This document shows positions 8,847-16,739 of a stretch of DNA of 43,819 nucleotides, in pieces. The stretch's first letter is position 1. Each line of letters starts with the position of its first letter. This DNA is from a virus (lineage: Duplodnaviria; Caudoviricetes). The stretch covers positions 1 to 43,819 of IMG/VR virus record IMGVR_UViG_3300037463_000060; one strand, 5' to 3'. Position numbers and translations under genes: made by a program. The notes under the pieces were generated by a model. That model was not told the DNA's origin. It saw nothing but the letters and a program-made list of their open reading frames with translations, and did not search any database.

Positions 8847-9178
8847 TCGATCACCGCTTCGAGCTCGGCCGCCGTTCCGTCGTTCGCGGTGAACGTGCCG
8901 GCGTATTTGAGCTTCTCCTCGTAGGCGGTGATATTGACGGTTGCCTCGGCGGTCTCTGGGTCGGTCTTGTGCTGCGCCTCCGCGATGGCCGCGAGGGAGG
9001 CCGTGTCGAGATCGTTCACTCCGAGCACGCTATCGAGACCGATGCCCCATTCCGCATCGGCGAGGAGGTCGCCGGGCGTGGTGTGGAGCATGTGTTCTTG
9101 GCGCTGGACGAGCGCGGTCCCGCCGGACACCTGCCGCCCGAACACGATATCACCGTTCCGCGTGGCCCATTGCCTCAT
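8843..9178 (-). CDS. Baseplate wedge protein, gp25 / Mu gp46-like
   Basis: ATGA-coupled start at 9178; LHTTPGDLLADAEWGIGL motif; 111 aa. Confidence 0.7.
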   Translation of the reverse strand: MRQWATRNGDIVFGRQVSGGTALVQRQEHMLHTTPGDLLADAEWGIGLDSVLGVNDLDTASLAAIAEAQHKTDPETAEATVNITAYEEKLKYAGTFTANDGTAAELEAVIE

Positions 9179-10476
9179 TGGGCCTCCAGCTTCGTCGACC
9201 TGTACCCGGCCGGGTATGGCGCTGAAAGCGCTGCAATCGCGGTGAGGATTGGGCTGAGGGCCGACACCAACGCCGTCGCGGCTGGAAGCGTCGCCGGGGA
9301 GACCGCGGTGACGGCGGACGCGTAGGTGGCAACGGCGGTAAACCCCACAACGACCTGCGCGAGTACCAAGTCGATCTGGGGCGCGAGCGCGACCGGCGCG
9401 GGCGGTGCCGGCACATCCAGCCCGACGAGCACCTTTGCCGCTGGCGAGCTCGCGCCGAGCAGACGGATCTCCTCGTGCGCCTCGTGAAAAACCCTCTTTG
9501 GGACGTGCCCGGTCTGCCCGTACGGGCTCCAGAGCGCCGAGAGCGGGTTCGTCGCGTCGGCCCGGTCGAAGGCGAGGAGCGTCCGCGTCCCCGAGAACAC
9601 CTCCGCGGAGACCCCAGGGACGCCGCACCACGACGGGACGGGGAGCGGGTCGCCGAGTTCCTTGTCGCGCTCCTCGAGCCTCAGGGAGGCCCGGCGTTGG
9701 GCGTCCTGGGATTGTACCGTCGCCGCCCTCCATGTCGCGTGGGGCGCTGGCCCCGAGGGGCGCCCCACGGCCTCCACGAGGGAGGCGAGGCGCGGGGCGG
9801 TGCTCTCCGGGAGCGCGAACGAGACCCAGGCCTCCACGCCCTCCTCGTCGGCCATCATGTCGAGCGAGCGGATCCGCTGCGGCCCGGAGAACCGCTCACC
9901 GGCGCCCGGGATTTGCCCCCCGATGGGGGCCTGCGAGGGCTCCTCCACGTCCAGGCGGGCCGAGCGCTCGTCCGCCCGGTGTTCAAGCACGAGGTCAGCC
10001 GAGAGCGTCGGCGAGGGCCGGTCAGGGGCCGCCTGCGTCACCCCGTCGAAGCCGACCCACCAAAGCGCGCCCTCGGCGAGGAGGGAGATCAGCGTTTGGC
10101 TCGCGGGCTGCTCAGCGCGGGCGAAGGCGGCGCGGCCGGGCCGGAGCGCGCCCGGGGCGATCACGAGGGTCTCTCCGACCGCCTGGGCGAGCTGCTGAGC
10201 GACCCGCGCCGGCGCCGCCATCGCATCGACGAGCCACGTCGCCGGCGGGGTCTCGTGCCAGCCCGCCCCGCCGACGATCGTGGCGACGCCCTCGCCGACC
10301 ACGGCGCCGCTCTTCGTGGGGAGCACGGCGCCCGGGAGCGCGGTCCTGCCCCATTGCACCGTCACGCGCCCCGACGGCGCCGCGCCGTCGAACCACACGT
10401 GGAGCACCCAGCGCCCGGCCCACGGGACGTGGAGCCGAGCGCGGTGGACGAGCCGGGCGCCGAGCGTGATCGTCAC
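9175..10476 (-). CDS. Baseplate hub with fused OB-fold/spike-like C-terminal region
   Basis: GGAGG RBS and GTG at 10476; hub-like N-terminal part (ASQTLISLL...WWVGFDGVT), gp5-OB-like part (WRAATVQSQD...WCGVPGVSAEV...LLAFDRAD); position. Confidence 0.6.
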   Translation of the reverse strand: MTITLGARLVHRARLHVPWAGRWVLHVWFDGAAPSGRVTVQWGRTALPGAVLPTKSGAVVGEGVATIVGGAGWHETPPATWLVDAMAAPARVAQQLAQAVGETLVIAPGALRPGRAAFARAEQPASQTLISLLAEGALWWVGFDGVTQAAPDRPSPTLSADLVLEHRADERSARLDVEEPSQAPIGGQIPGAGERFSGPQRIRSLDMMADEEGVEAWVSFALPESTAPRLASLVEAVGRPSGPAPHATWRAATVQSQDAQRRASLRLEERDKELGDPLPVPSWCGVPGVSAEVFSGTRTLLAFDRADATNPLSALWSPYGQTGHVPKRVFHEAHEEIRLLGASSPAAKVLVGLDVPAPPAPVALAPQIDLVLAQVVVGFTAVATYASAVTAVSPATLPAATALVSALSPILTAIAALSAPYPAGYRSTKLEAQ

Positions 10477-10507
10477 GCTGCCCTCCGGTGCCCGTCCTCG
10501 AAGGACG

Positions 10508-11065
10508 CTAGAAGGGCGGGGCCGTATCCATCGTGGGTGCGGGCGCGGGCTTCTTCGATACCGGCCGAGGTCTCGCGGGGCTCGGCTTGGCCGGCGCCTT
10601 TTGCCGCTCGGCCTCCGCCTGCTGCGCAACCTGCACTGCGCCCTCTGCCACCGACAACGCGCGCGTCATGTCGTACGGGCCCGCCTTGGGGGGCGTTTGC
10701 CCGCTCATGACCCCAAACACCACCAAACCCACGAAGAGCATGGCGGACACCACAAACAGCTTCTTCCGGCGCCTCCCCGCCTCCTCTGCCTCCGCCGCCG
10801 CACAGGCGGAATGCAGCCACATTGGGCCGTGCCACACGTGCGGATCGTCGCTGAAAGTACCCCCGCAGTGTGGACAGTAAATTTGAGGCGTCCCGGGCAC
10901 CGAGGCCGCCCGTGGGCGCCCGCCTCCCGATCCCGCCCGCTGCCCTATCCGCAGGCCGCCCACTCCCCAAGACCACCCCACGCCTGATTTGGAGAGGTTC
11001 AGGCGAAACCCGCCCGGGCCCTTGATGCTCTTCCCGAACGAGAAGAACGACTTCTTGCGCGCCAT
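10508..11065 (-). CDS. DUF4236-like membrane protein (moron)
   Basis: FSFGKSIKGPGGFRLNLSKSGVGWSWGVGGLRIG signature, CPHC, one transmembrane helix. Confidence 0.8.
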   Translation of the reverse strand: MARKKSFFSFGKSIKGPGGFRLNLSKSGVGWSWGVGGLRIGQRAGSGGGRPRAASVPGTPQIYCPHCGGTFSDDPHVWHGPMWLHSACAAAEAEEAGRRRKKLFVVSAMLFVGLVVFGVMSGQTPPKAGPYDMTRALSVAEGAVQVAQQAEAERQKAPAKPSPARPRPVSKKPAPAPTMDTAPPF

Positions 11066-11143
11066 GCGCGGGAGGCTTGCCGTCGCCTACCCCGCCGTCA
11101 ATCCAGGGCGCGCGTTCAGGGAGCCCCGTGCCGTCCATTTGTG

Positions 11144-11172
11144 TTGACGGGGTTGGCGTCTGCTGGCACCGT
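11144..11172 (+). promoter_or_regulatory. Sigma70-type promoter, probably giving a leaderless transcript
   Basis: TTGACG, 17-bp spacer, TGg-CACCGT, then GTG start 6 nt downstream at 11179. Confidence 0.55.
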
Positions 11173-11178
11173 TGGTGC

Positions 11179-11400
11179 GTGGGCAGAGAGAAAACGATCC
11201 AACTCGCTCTCCGCGTCACGCCTGCCTTCGCCGCCCGGATCGACAAGATCGCGGCCGCGATGAGCGCTCGTGCGTTTGGCGCTGAGATTACGAGATCCGA
11301 GGCCGCCCGCCTCACCATGGAGAGAGGAGCACCGTCAATCGAGGCCGAGCTCGGCCTGGCCGCGCCGGAGGCAGATAAGCCACCCAAGCGCTCAAAATAA
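11179..11400 (+). CDS. Ribbon-helix-helix (Arc/CopG-like) regulator
   Basis: KTIQLALRVTPAFAARIDKIA...ITRSEAARLTMERG fits the strand-helix-helix pattern. Confidence 0.7.
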   Translation: MGREKTIQLALRVTPAFAARIDKIAAAMSARAFGAEITRSEAARLTMERGAPSIEAELGLAAPEADKPPKRSK

Positions 11401-11474
11401 AGGCGGGGCCGAGCCGGGAGCCTAACCCCGGCCCGAACCCCTAGATCGTCACCTTGCAGAAGAAGGTTCCGACC

Positions 11475-11972
11475 ATGAAAACACGTGTATCGAAAGGCCG
11501 CGCTGCGGCCAAGACCCCCGCTCGTAAAACGTCCCGCCGCGTCGCCGAGAAGCGCCCCGGCGCGCTCGCCGACGTGGACACCCCTCTCGCCTCCGGCGCC
11601 GCCGTCGCCGTCCTCAACGCGCTCGCTCCCGAGGCCGAGGGGGAAGAGGCGCAGGGCGACGTTCTCGACCTCGACAGGGCGCTCGGGCGCTCCGGCGACT
11701 CGCCGAGCGGAGGGCGTCTCCCCCGCCTCGTCCCTGCCGCCGCGATCGAGACGTGCACGATGGAGGAGCTGCTCCTCATGGCCATCGCGGGCGAGAAGGG
11801 GGAGATGGCTCAGGAACGCCCGCTTGAGGCGATCTCGCTGCGGCTCGCGGTCGAGCTTCAGGCGATCACCTCGACGACCGGTCTCGAGGCCGACGTGGCC
11901 GGAGACCTGATCTTCCACGCGGCGGGCCGCGCCCGCGTCCTCGCGGAGTTGATCCGCCGAGCGGGGAGGTGA
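11475..11972 (+). CDS. Hypothetical protein with basic disordered N-terminus
   Basis: AAGG RBS, ATG at 11475, GC-rich third positions. Confidence 0.6.
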   Translation: MKTRVSKGRAAAKTPARKTSRRVAEKRPGALADVDTPLASGAAVAVLNALAPEAEGEEAQGDVLDLDRALGRSGDSPSGGRLPRLVPAAAIETCTMEELLLMAIAGEKGEMAQERPLEAISLRLAVELQAITSTTGLEADVAGDLIFHAAGRARVLAELIRRAGR

Positions 11973-11978
11973 GGCGTC

Positions 11979-12815
11979 ATGACCGAACTCGTGAAATTTG
12001 ACTTCCACGGCGACGCGCTCGACGTGGTGAAGGACGACGGCGGCAAGGTGTGGGTCGGCGTGCGGCGCGTGTGCGACGTGCTCGGTCTCGACGTCGAGGG
12101 GCAGCGTAAGAAGCTGAAATCCAAGGCCTGGGCAGGAGCGGAGATGATCTCCGTCCCTTCGCCGGGAGGCGCCCAGACCACCTACTGCATCGACCTCGAC
12201 AGTCTGCCGATGTGGCTGGCCACGATCGAGGTGGCCAAGGTGAACGCGTCGATCCGGGAGAAGCTCGTCCGCTACCAGAAGGAGGCCGCGCGCGTCCTCG
12301 CCGAGCACTTCCTGCCCCGTCCGTCCGGCCTCGCCAAGGTGGAGGCGCCCGCCGTCGACCTTGCCCCGATCGTTACCCGGCTCGACGTGTTCGAGGCCAA
12401 GCTTGACGCCCTGGCCGAGGGATCCGGCCAGATCGCCGCCGGGGTCTCCCTCACCCTGACGGTCCTCCGCACCCAAGACGAGCGGGTCACCGACCTCGCC
12501 CGCGTCCTCGCGGAGACCCGAGAGCACCTCGCGAAAACCGCCGTCCAGAAGGGCATGATCAGCGAGGAGCAGGCCGCGCACCTCCGGCGCGAGGTCGACG
12601 CGCTTGCCAAGGCCTGGACCGAGGCGGGTTGGGCGCGCAGCGTCAAGGCCGCCTTCGGGGAGATCGTTCAGGAGTTCTTCGGCTACGTCGGCTGGGGCCG
12701 CATCGGGGAGCGCATTGACGGGCTCCCCGAGGACAGGTTCCCCCGAGCGCAGGCCTTCATCGAGGCCCAGCGCCGGGCCCTCCGCCGCAGGGGTGGGCCG
12801 AGGAAATCCGTTTAG
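11979..12815 (+). CDS. ant: Phage antirepressor with P22 Ant N-terminal-type domain
   Basis: FDFHGDAL...VWVGVRRVCDVLGLDVEGQRKKL...CIDLDSLPMWLATI...KV...IREKLVRYQKEAARVLAEHF. Confidence 0.85.
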   Translation: MTELVKFDFHGDALDVVKDDGGKVWVGVRRVCDVLGLDVEGQRKKLKSKAWAGAEMISVPSPGGAQTTYCIDLDSLPMWLATIEVAKVNASIREKLVRYQKEAARVLAEHFLPRPSGLAKVEAPAVDLAPIVTRLDVFEAKLDALAEGSGQIAAGVSLTLTVLRTQDERVTDLARVLAETREHLAKTAVQKGMISEEQAAHLRREVDALAKAWTEAGWARSVKAAFGEIVQEFFGYVGWGRIGERIDGLPEDRFPRAQAFIEAQRRALRRRGGPRKSV

Positions 12816-12817
12816 CC

Positions 12818-13429
12818 TCACGGCGCTCCCGATCCGGCCGCAAGGCCTTGCAGGGTTTTCCCGTCCCTATCGATATCCGCCAAAACCTCGGCTCGTCGTG
12901 CGTCACACGCCGCCGTTGCCTTCGCCTTAGCGGTCGCGCCGTCTTTCGTGGCCCCGGCCGTGGTGGGGCTCGATAGCGTCGGAAGCGGCTTCCGGTGTTC
13001 CTGCCACGAATAGACGACCGTCTCGATCTGCGTCTGCTCGTTCCAGTCCCCGGCCGGTTCGTCCTCCAAGTGGATCTGGGAAATGCCCAGGCGCGCGAGG
13101 CGCGGGTGCTCCACCTTAAATATCTTTTCCGACTGGGCCTGAGCCGGCGCCGCCAAATAGATTTTGCATTCCGAGTCGAACTCGACTCGATGCTCGACCG
13201 TGGCCATCGTGAGCGTGATCGTGCCGCTCGAAAGCCCGAGGCCCGTGAAGCGCGCCGTAGCGCCGGACATGCCGAGCCCCTGCACCACCTGCCAGATCCG
13301 CGGGCGTGGCTTCGCGACCACCTTCGCGCATCGCGGCGTCGCGAAGTCGATCTTCTTGCCCTTCGCGTCCGAGGTTTGAAACTTCACGACGTCCATCGCC
13401 GCGAGCTCCTCTTTGGACCAATACGTCAC
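12818..13429 (-). CDS. Tail tube initiator-like protein (P2 gpU-like position)
   Basis: GTGA-coupled to the tape measure gene; WQVVQGLGMSGATARFTGLGLSSGTITL and EHPRLARLGI. Confidence 0.6.
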   Translation of the reverse strand: MTYWSKEELAAMDVVKFQTSDAKGKKIDFATPRCAKVVAKPRPRIWQVVQGLGMSGATARFTGLGLSSGTITLTMATVEHRVEFDSECKIYLAAPAQAQSEKIFKVEHPRLARLGISQIHLEDEPAGDWNEQTQIETVVYSWQEHRKPLPTLSSPTTAGATKDGATAKAKATAACDARRAEVLADIDRDGKTLQGLAAGSGAP

Positions 13430-15609
13430 GCCGGTAGCCCCTTCGCCAGGGTGGCCGTCTCGAGCTCGTCGACGAGCCATTGCCCGAAGCGGCGAGCGTC
13501 GCTGCGCGTCCCGCCGCCGTTGTAGTTCACGACGAGGTTGATGCTCCGATCCTCGGAGCTGGATTTGTTCTCGACGACCGTTCCGCCGGCGCCGCTCATG
13601 TCCGGCGGCTCCGCCATCTTCGAGAGGGCGCGCGCCACGCCTGGGGTCTCGTCCTCGATCCCCAATTTTGCCCCACGCGGTATTTCGCGGGACGTGCGGC
13701 GGTACAGCGCCGACGGCGAGTGGATCTCGGCGGCCTTGGTGAATCCGGCCTGCATCGCGGCGGACAGCTCGGTCATCGCTTTAACCGCGTCCGGAATGCC
13801 TGCTCTCACGCCCTCCGCGACTCCATCGGTGATTGCGGAGCCTGCCGCGTTGGCGTCCTTGGTCAGGCCCGCGAGTGGATTCAGCGCCTCCAGTGACTTC
13901 CCCATCTGATTGGCCTCGGCCGCAGTTTTGGGGCCATCGAAGGCCAGCTTGAAGGCGCGATCCTCCGCCGCCTTTTGGTCGGCCTTCGCCCGGTCGGCTA
14001 TTTTACGGAAATTCGCCAGCGGGTCGTCCTTCTTTATGACGAACAGGCTCAAAGCGTCTTTCACGAACCCGGCGGTCTCGCTCATGACTTTAAGCGTGTC
14101 TGCGATGCCCTTGAGCGTGTCCCAGAGCCCCTCGGCACTGGCTTTCACGTTATCGAAAACCACCTTAGCGCCGCCAGCCCGGTAGAATTCGATCGCGAGC
14201 TTTTGAACCCAGTTTACGCCCTTCAAAATGGCCAGCTCTAGAAGTGGCAACGACGCCGTGGCCGAATCGACGAGGGGCTGAAAGATCGAGCCCAGTGCCT
14301 GTTTGATAGCCTTGCCCGTCTCGCTCGTCTCGTTAAAGATATCGAGCACGTCGGCGAGCTTTTCGAGGAAGGGCTCGATCTTCACCCCGTCGAAGAGCCG
14401 CCCGATGTTCGCCTTCGCCCGGTCGAACTGGACCCCGAGCGCGAGGGCCTGCTTTTTCGCGATGGCGCCGAGCGGGCTGGCTTCGAAGGCCGCGCCCATG
14501 GCCTTCACGCCGTCCTCAATCTTGACGACGCCCTGGCGGAGCGCGGTCTCGGCCGCCCCCACACCGATCTTCATTTGCTTGCCGAGCTGCACGGCCACGT
14601 CGCGGATGGCGATCCCGGTGCCCTTCAGGTCGAGCGGGTTGAGCCAGAACCGCTTGGCCACCATCCCCCTGTCGATGAGCCCCTTAATGGTCGACCCGAC
14701 CTGCGAGCCCATCGTCTGCGTCGCGATCGTCACGGCCGTCGTGGCGCCCTCGATCGCGCCCAGCGAGAACTTCATGCGCGCGTATTCGTTCGCGAGCTCC
14801 GTCACGGCCTCGCGCGTCGCGCTCGTCTTGCCCTCGACGCGGAGGGTCGCCGCGTAGAGGCCCTCGGCCTTCTCGGCGCCGCCCGCGGCGGCCTCTCGCA
14901 GAAGGCGCGCGGATCTTGCAGAATCGGCCGCCCATAACGCGAAGCCTCCAGCTGCCCCGCCTATCAGCGTCACCGCGACGATGGCCGCAGCCACGCCCTT
15001 GAGGACCACGCCCAGCGCCTTGAGCTGGCCCTCGGTGCCGATCAGGGACTTGACCTTCTTGACGGCGGCGTCTGCGCCCGCGGACATCTTCCCGAAGGCC
15101 GTCTGCGTCTTGAGCTCCTTCATCGTCCCCCCGAGCCGGGAGAGCGATGTTTGAGACGCCCCGAGCTGCTGTTTGAGCTTTTCAGCGCCGGCCTTCAGAT
15201 CCTCGAATGCGCGCACCGGCTCGCTCTTCGCGAGCTTGTCCCGCTCCACCTTCAGCGCCGCCAGCCTCTTCGTGGTCTGTTCTAGCTCGGCATTCGTCTG
15301 GAGGCCCTTCGCGAAGATCCCTTCCTTCTTTTCCGCGGGCGCTTTCTCGAAATCCGCCTTGAGCTTGGCCATCTGGGCGGCGAGCTTCACCACCTCGTTC
15401 TCGGCCTTCGAGATGTCCCTGGGGAGCGCCTCCCACCGGATCACCTCCGCGGTGCCTTTGAGGCGCTGCATCGCGTCGCTGATCTCTTTGAGCGCGGACG
15501 TGCCTTCGGTGATCGACTCCTTCAGCCCGTCCATGGATGACTTCGACCGGTCGATGCCGCTGGTGTCGGCGTCGAAGTTGATCACGAATCTGGCGCTCGG
15601 AGTCGTCAT
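13426..15609 (-). CDS. Tail tape measure protein
   Basis: 727 aa, Ala/Lys/Glu coiled coil, hydrophobic segment, C-terminal EIHSPS motif, follows the chaperones. Confidence 0.88.
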   Translation of the reverse strand: MTTPSARFVINFDADTSGIDRSKSSMDGLKESITEGTSALKEISDAMQRLKGTAEVIRWEALPRDISKAENEVVKLAAQMAKLKADFEKAPAEKKEGIFAKGLQTNAELEQTTKRLAALKVERDKLAKSEPVRAFEDLKAGAEKLKQQLGASQTSLSRLGGTMKELKTQTAFGKMSAGADAAVKKVKSLIGTEGQLKALGVVLKGVAAAIVAVTLIGGAAGGFALWAADSARSARLLREAAAGGAEKAEGLYAATLRVEGKTSATREAVTELANEYARMKFSLGAIEGATTAVTIATQTMGSQVGSTIKGLIDRGMVAKRFWLNPLDLKGTGIAIRDVAVQLGKQMKIGVGAAETALRQGVVKIEDGVKAMGAAFEASPLGAIAKKQALALGVQFDRAKANIGRLFDGVKIEPFLEKLADVLDIFNETSETGKAIKQALGSIFQPLVDSATASLPLLELAILKGVNWVQKLAIEFYRAGGAKVVFDNVKASAEGLWDTLKGIADTLKVMSETAGFVKDALSLFVIKKDDPLANFRKIADRAKADQKAAEDRAFKLAFDGPKTAAEANQMGKSLEALNPLAGLTKDANAAGSAITDGVAEGVRAGIPDAVKAMTELSAAMQAGFTKAAEIHSPSALYRRTSREIPRGAKLGIEDETPGVARALSKMAEPPDMSGAGGTVVENKSSSEDRSINLVVNYNGGGTRSDARRFGQWLVDELETATLAKGLPA

Positions 15610-15615
15610 TCTCTC

Positions 15616-15828
15616 TCAAGGGTCCCTTACGCCTAGTCCGGCGGCGCATTTTCGCAGGAGCTCAATCTGCCTCGCCGTCGCCCACACCATCCATTGCACC
15701 GCGGCCCTGGCGTCGATCCAGTCATCCGGCGACCGGTCAAGGCCGCCTCGGATCAGCGCCTCGATCAGGGGAGGGGCGGCGACGTGGTTTTTAATCGCCG
15801 CGTCGGCCCGCTCCCCGATTATTTTCCC
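15616..15828 (-). CDS. Frameshifted C-terminal extension of the tail assembly chaperone (gpGT-like)
   Basis: The -1 frame after GGGAAAA stays open (IIGERADAAIK...VRDP) to a stop just before the tape measure start. Confidence 0.75.
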   Translation of the reverse strand, partial: GKIIGERADAAIKNHVAAPPLIEALIRGGLDRSPDDWIDARAAVQWMVWATARQIELLRKCAAGLGVRDP

Positions 15829-16265
15829 TCTTCGTTCAGCCTCCCCTTCATGCGCGCGACCATCGCCGTGCCGAATTGCACGATTGCGTGCGTATTGCGC
15901 TTCCGAGCCTCCTCGAGGAACGTCTTGCCGTCGGGGACGAGCATGCAGTTCATCGCGAGCTTCTCGTGCACAGCGATATCGTTCACGAGCTCGCCCGTGA
16001 GCATTCCGCTCTTGTGGGCATACTCCTTGTAGATTGCCTCCGATGGCGTGCGCGCGAGGCACCGACCGATCCCGGGCCACTCCGGCTCGAGGAGCTGCTC
16101 GGGGAGGAGCCCGGCGTCGTAGGCCTCCTTGCGCTTGTCCTCGATGAGGATCTGGCGCTCGAGGCCCGCGATCTCCACCTCTTCGTCGCGGGCCGTCTCA
16201 ATGACCGCGTTCGCCGACCGCTTCGCGGCGAGCTTGGCCAACAACTCTTCTTTTTTTGAGTTCAT
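15819..16265 (-). CDS. Tail assembly chaperone (gpG-like)
   Basis: Between tube and tape measure genes; ends G-GGA-AAA-TAA (EEGK*). Confidence 0.8.
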   Translation of the reverse strand: MNSKKEELLAKLAAKRSANAVIETARDEEVEIAGLERQILIEDKRKEAYDAGLLPEQLLEPEWPGIGRCLARTPSEAIYKEYAHKSGMLTGELVNDIAVHEKLAMNCMLVPDGKTFLEEARKRNTHAIVQFGTAMVARMKGRLNEEGK

Positions 16266-16266
16266 A

Positions 16267-16731
16267 TCAGGTCACCGTCGGGATGTTTTGCTGTTTCCAC
16301 ACGATCGTACACTTCGAGCCGCTCGCCGCCGTCTCCGTCTGCCAGCTCATGACGGTGAGCTTCATCGTCTCGGTGTGCGGCGGCGCAAGGGGGTTACCGC
16401 TTATGACCTGGGTTACGACCGTCACTGGAACGTCCATCCAAGCGTCATTCCCCGTGAGACCGCGCGCGACCGCCGCGACCTGGAGTTGCGCTTTCAGGAG
16501 CTTGAAGGACCCGAGCGTCGTCACCGTGGTGAAGTCCTGCGGCGTTTTGATGCCTCGGGATTGATAGAGAATCGACCCGTCGGAGCCCCTGACGTATTCC
16601 TGTCCTTCCTTCGTCACGCCGCCGCCGGTGAGATCCCCGAGCCCGATAAACGGCACGCCATCGACCTCGACCCGTCTCCCAACAACGCTGTATTCGTCGG
16701 TGGCGACCGCTGCGTCAAATCCGAGTCCCAT
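16267..16731 (-). CDS. Tail tube protein
   Basis: 154 aa, beta-rich, directly after the sheath; YVRGSDGSILYQSRG. Confidence 0.7.
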   Translation of the reverse strand: MGLGFDAAVATDEYSVVGRRVEVDGVPFIGLGDLTGGGVTKEGQEYVRGSDGSILYQSRGIKTPQDFTTVTTLGSFKLLKAQLQVAAVARGLTGNDAWMDVPVTVVTQVISGNPLAPPHTETMKLTVMSWQTETAASGSKCTIVWKQQNIPTVT

Positions 16732-16739
16732 AATTCACC

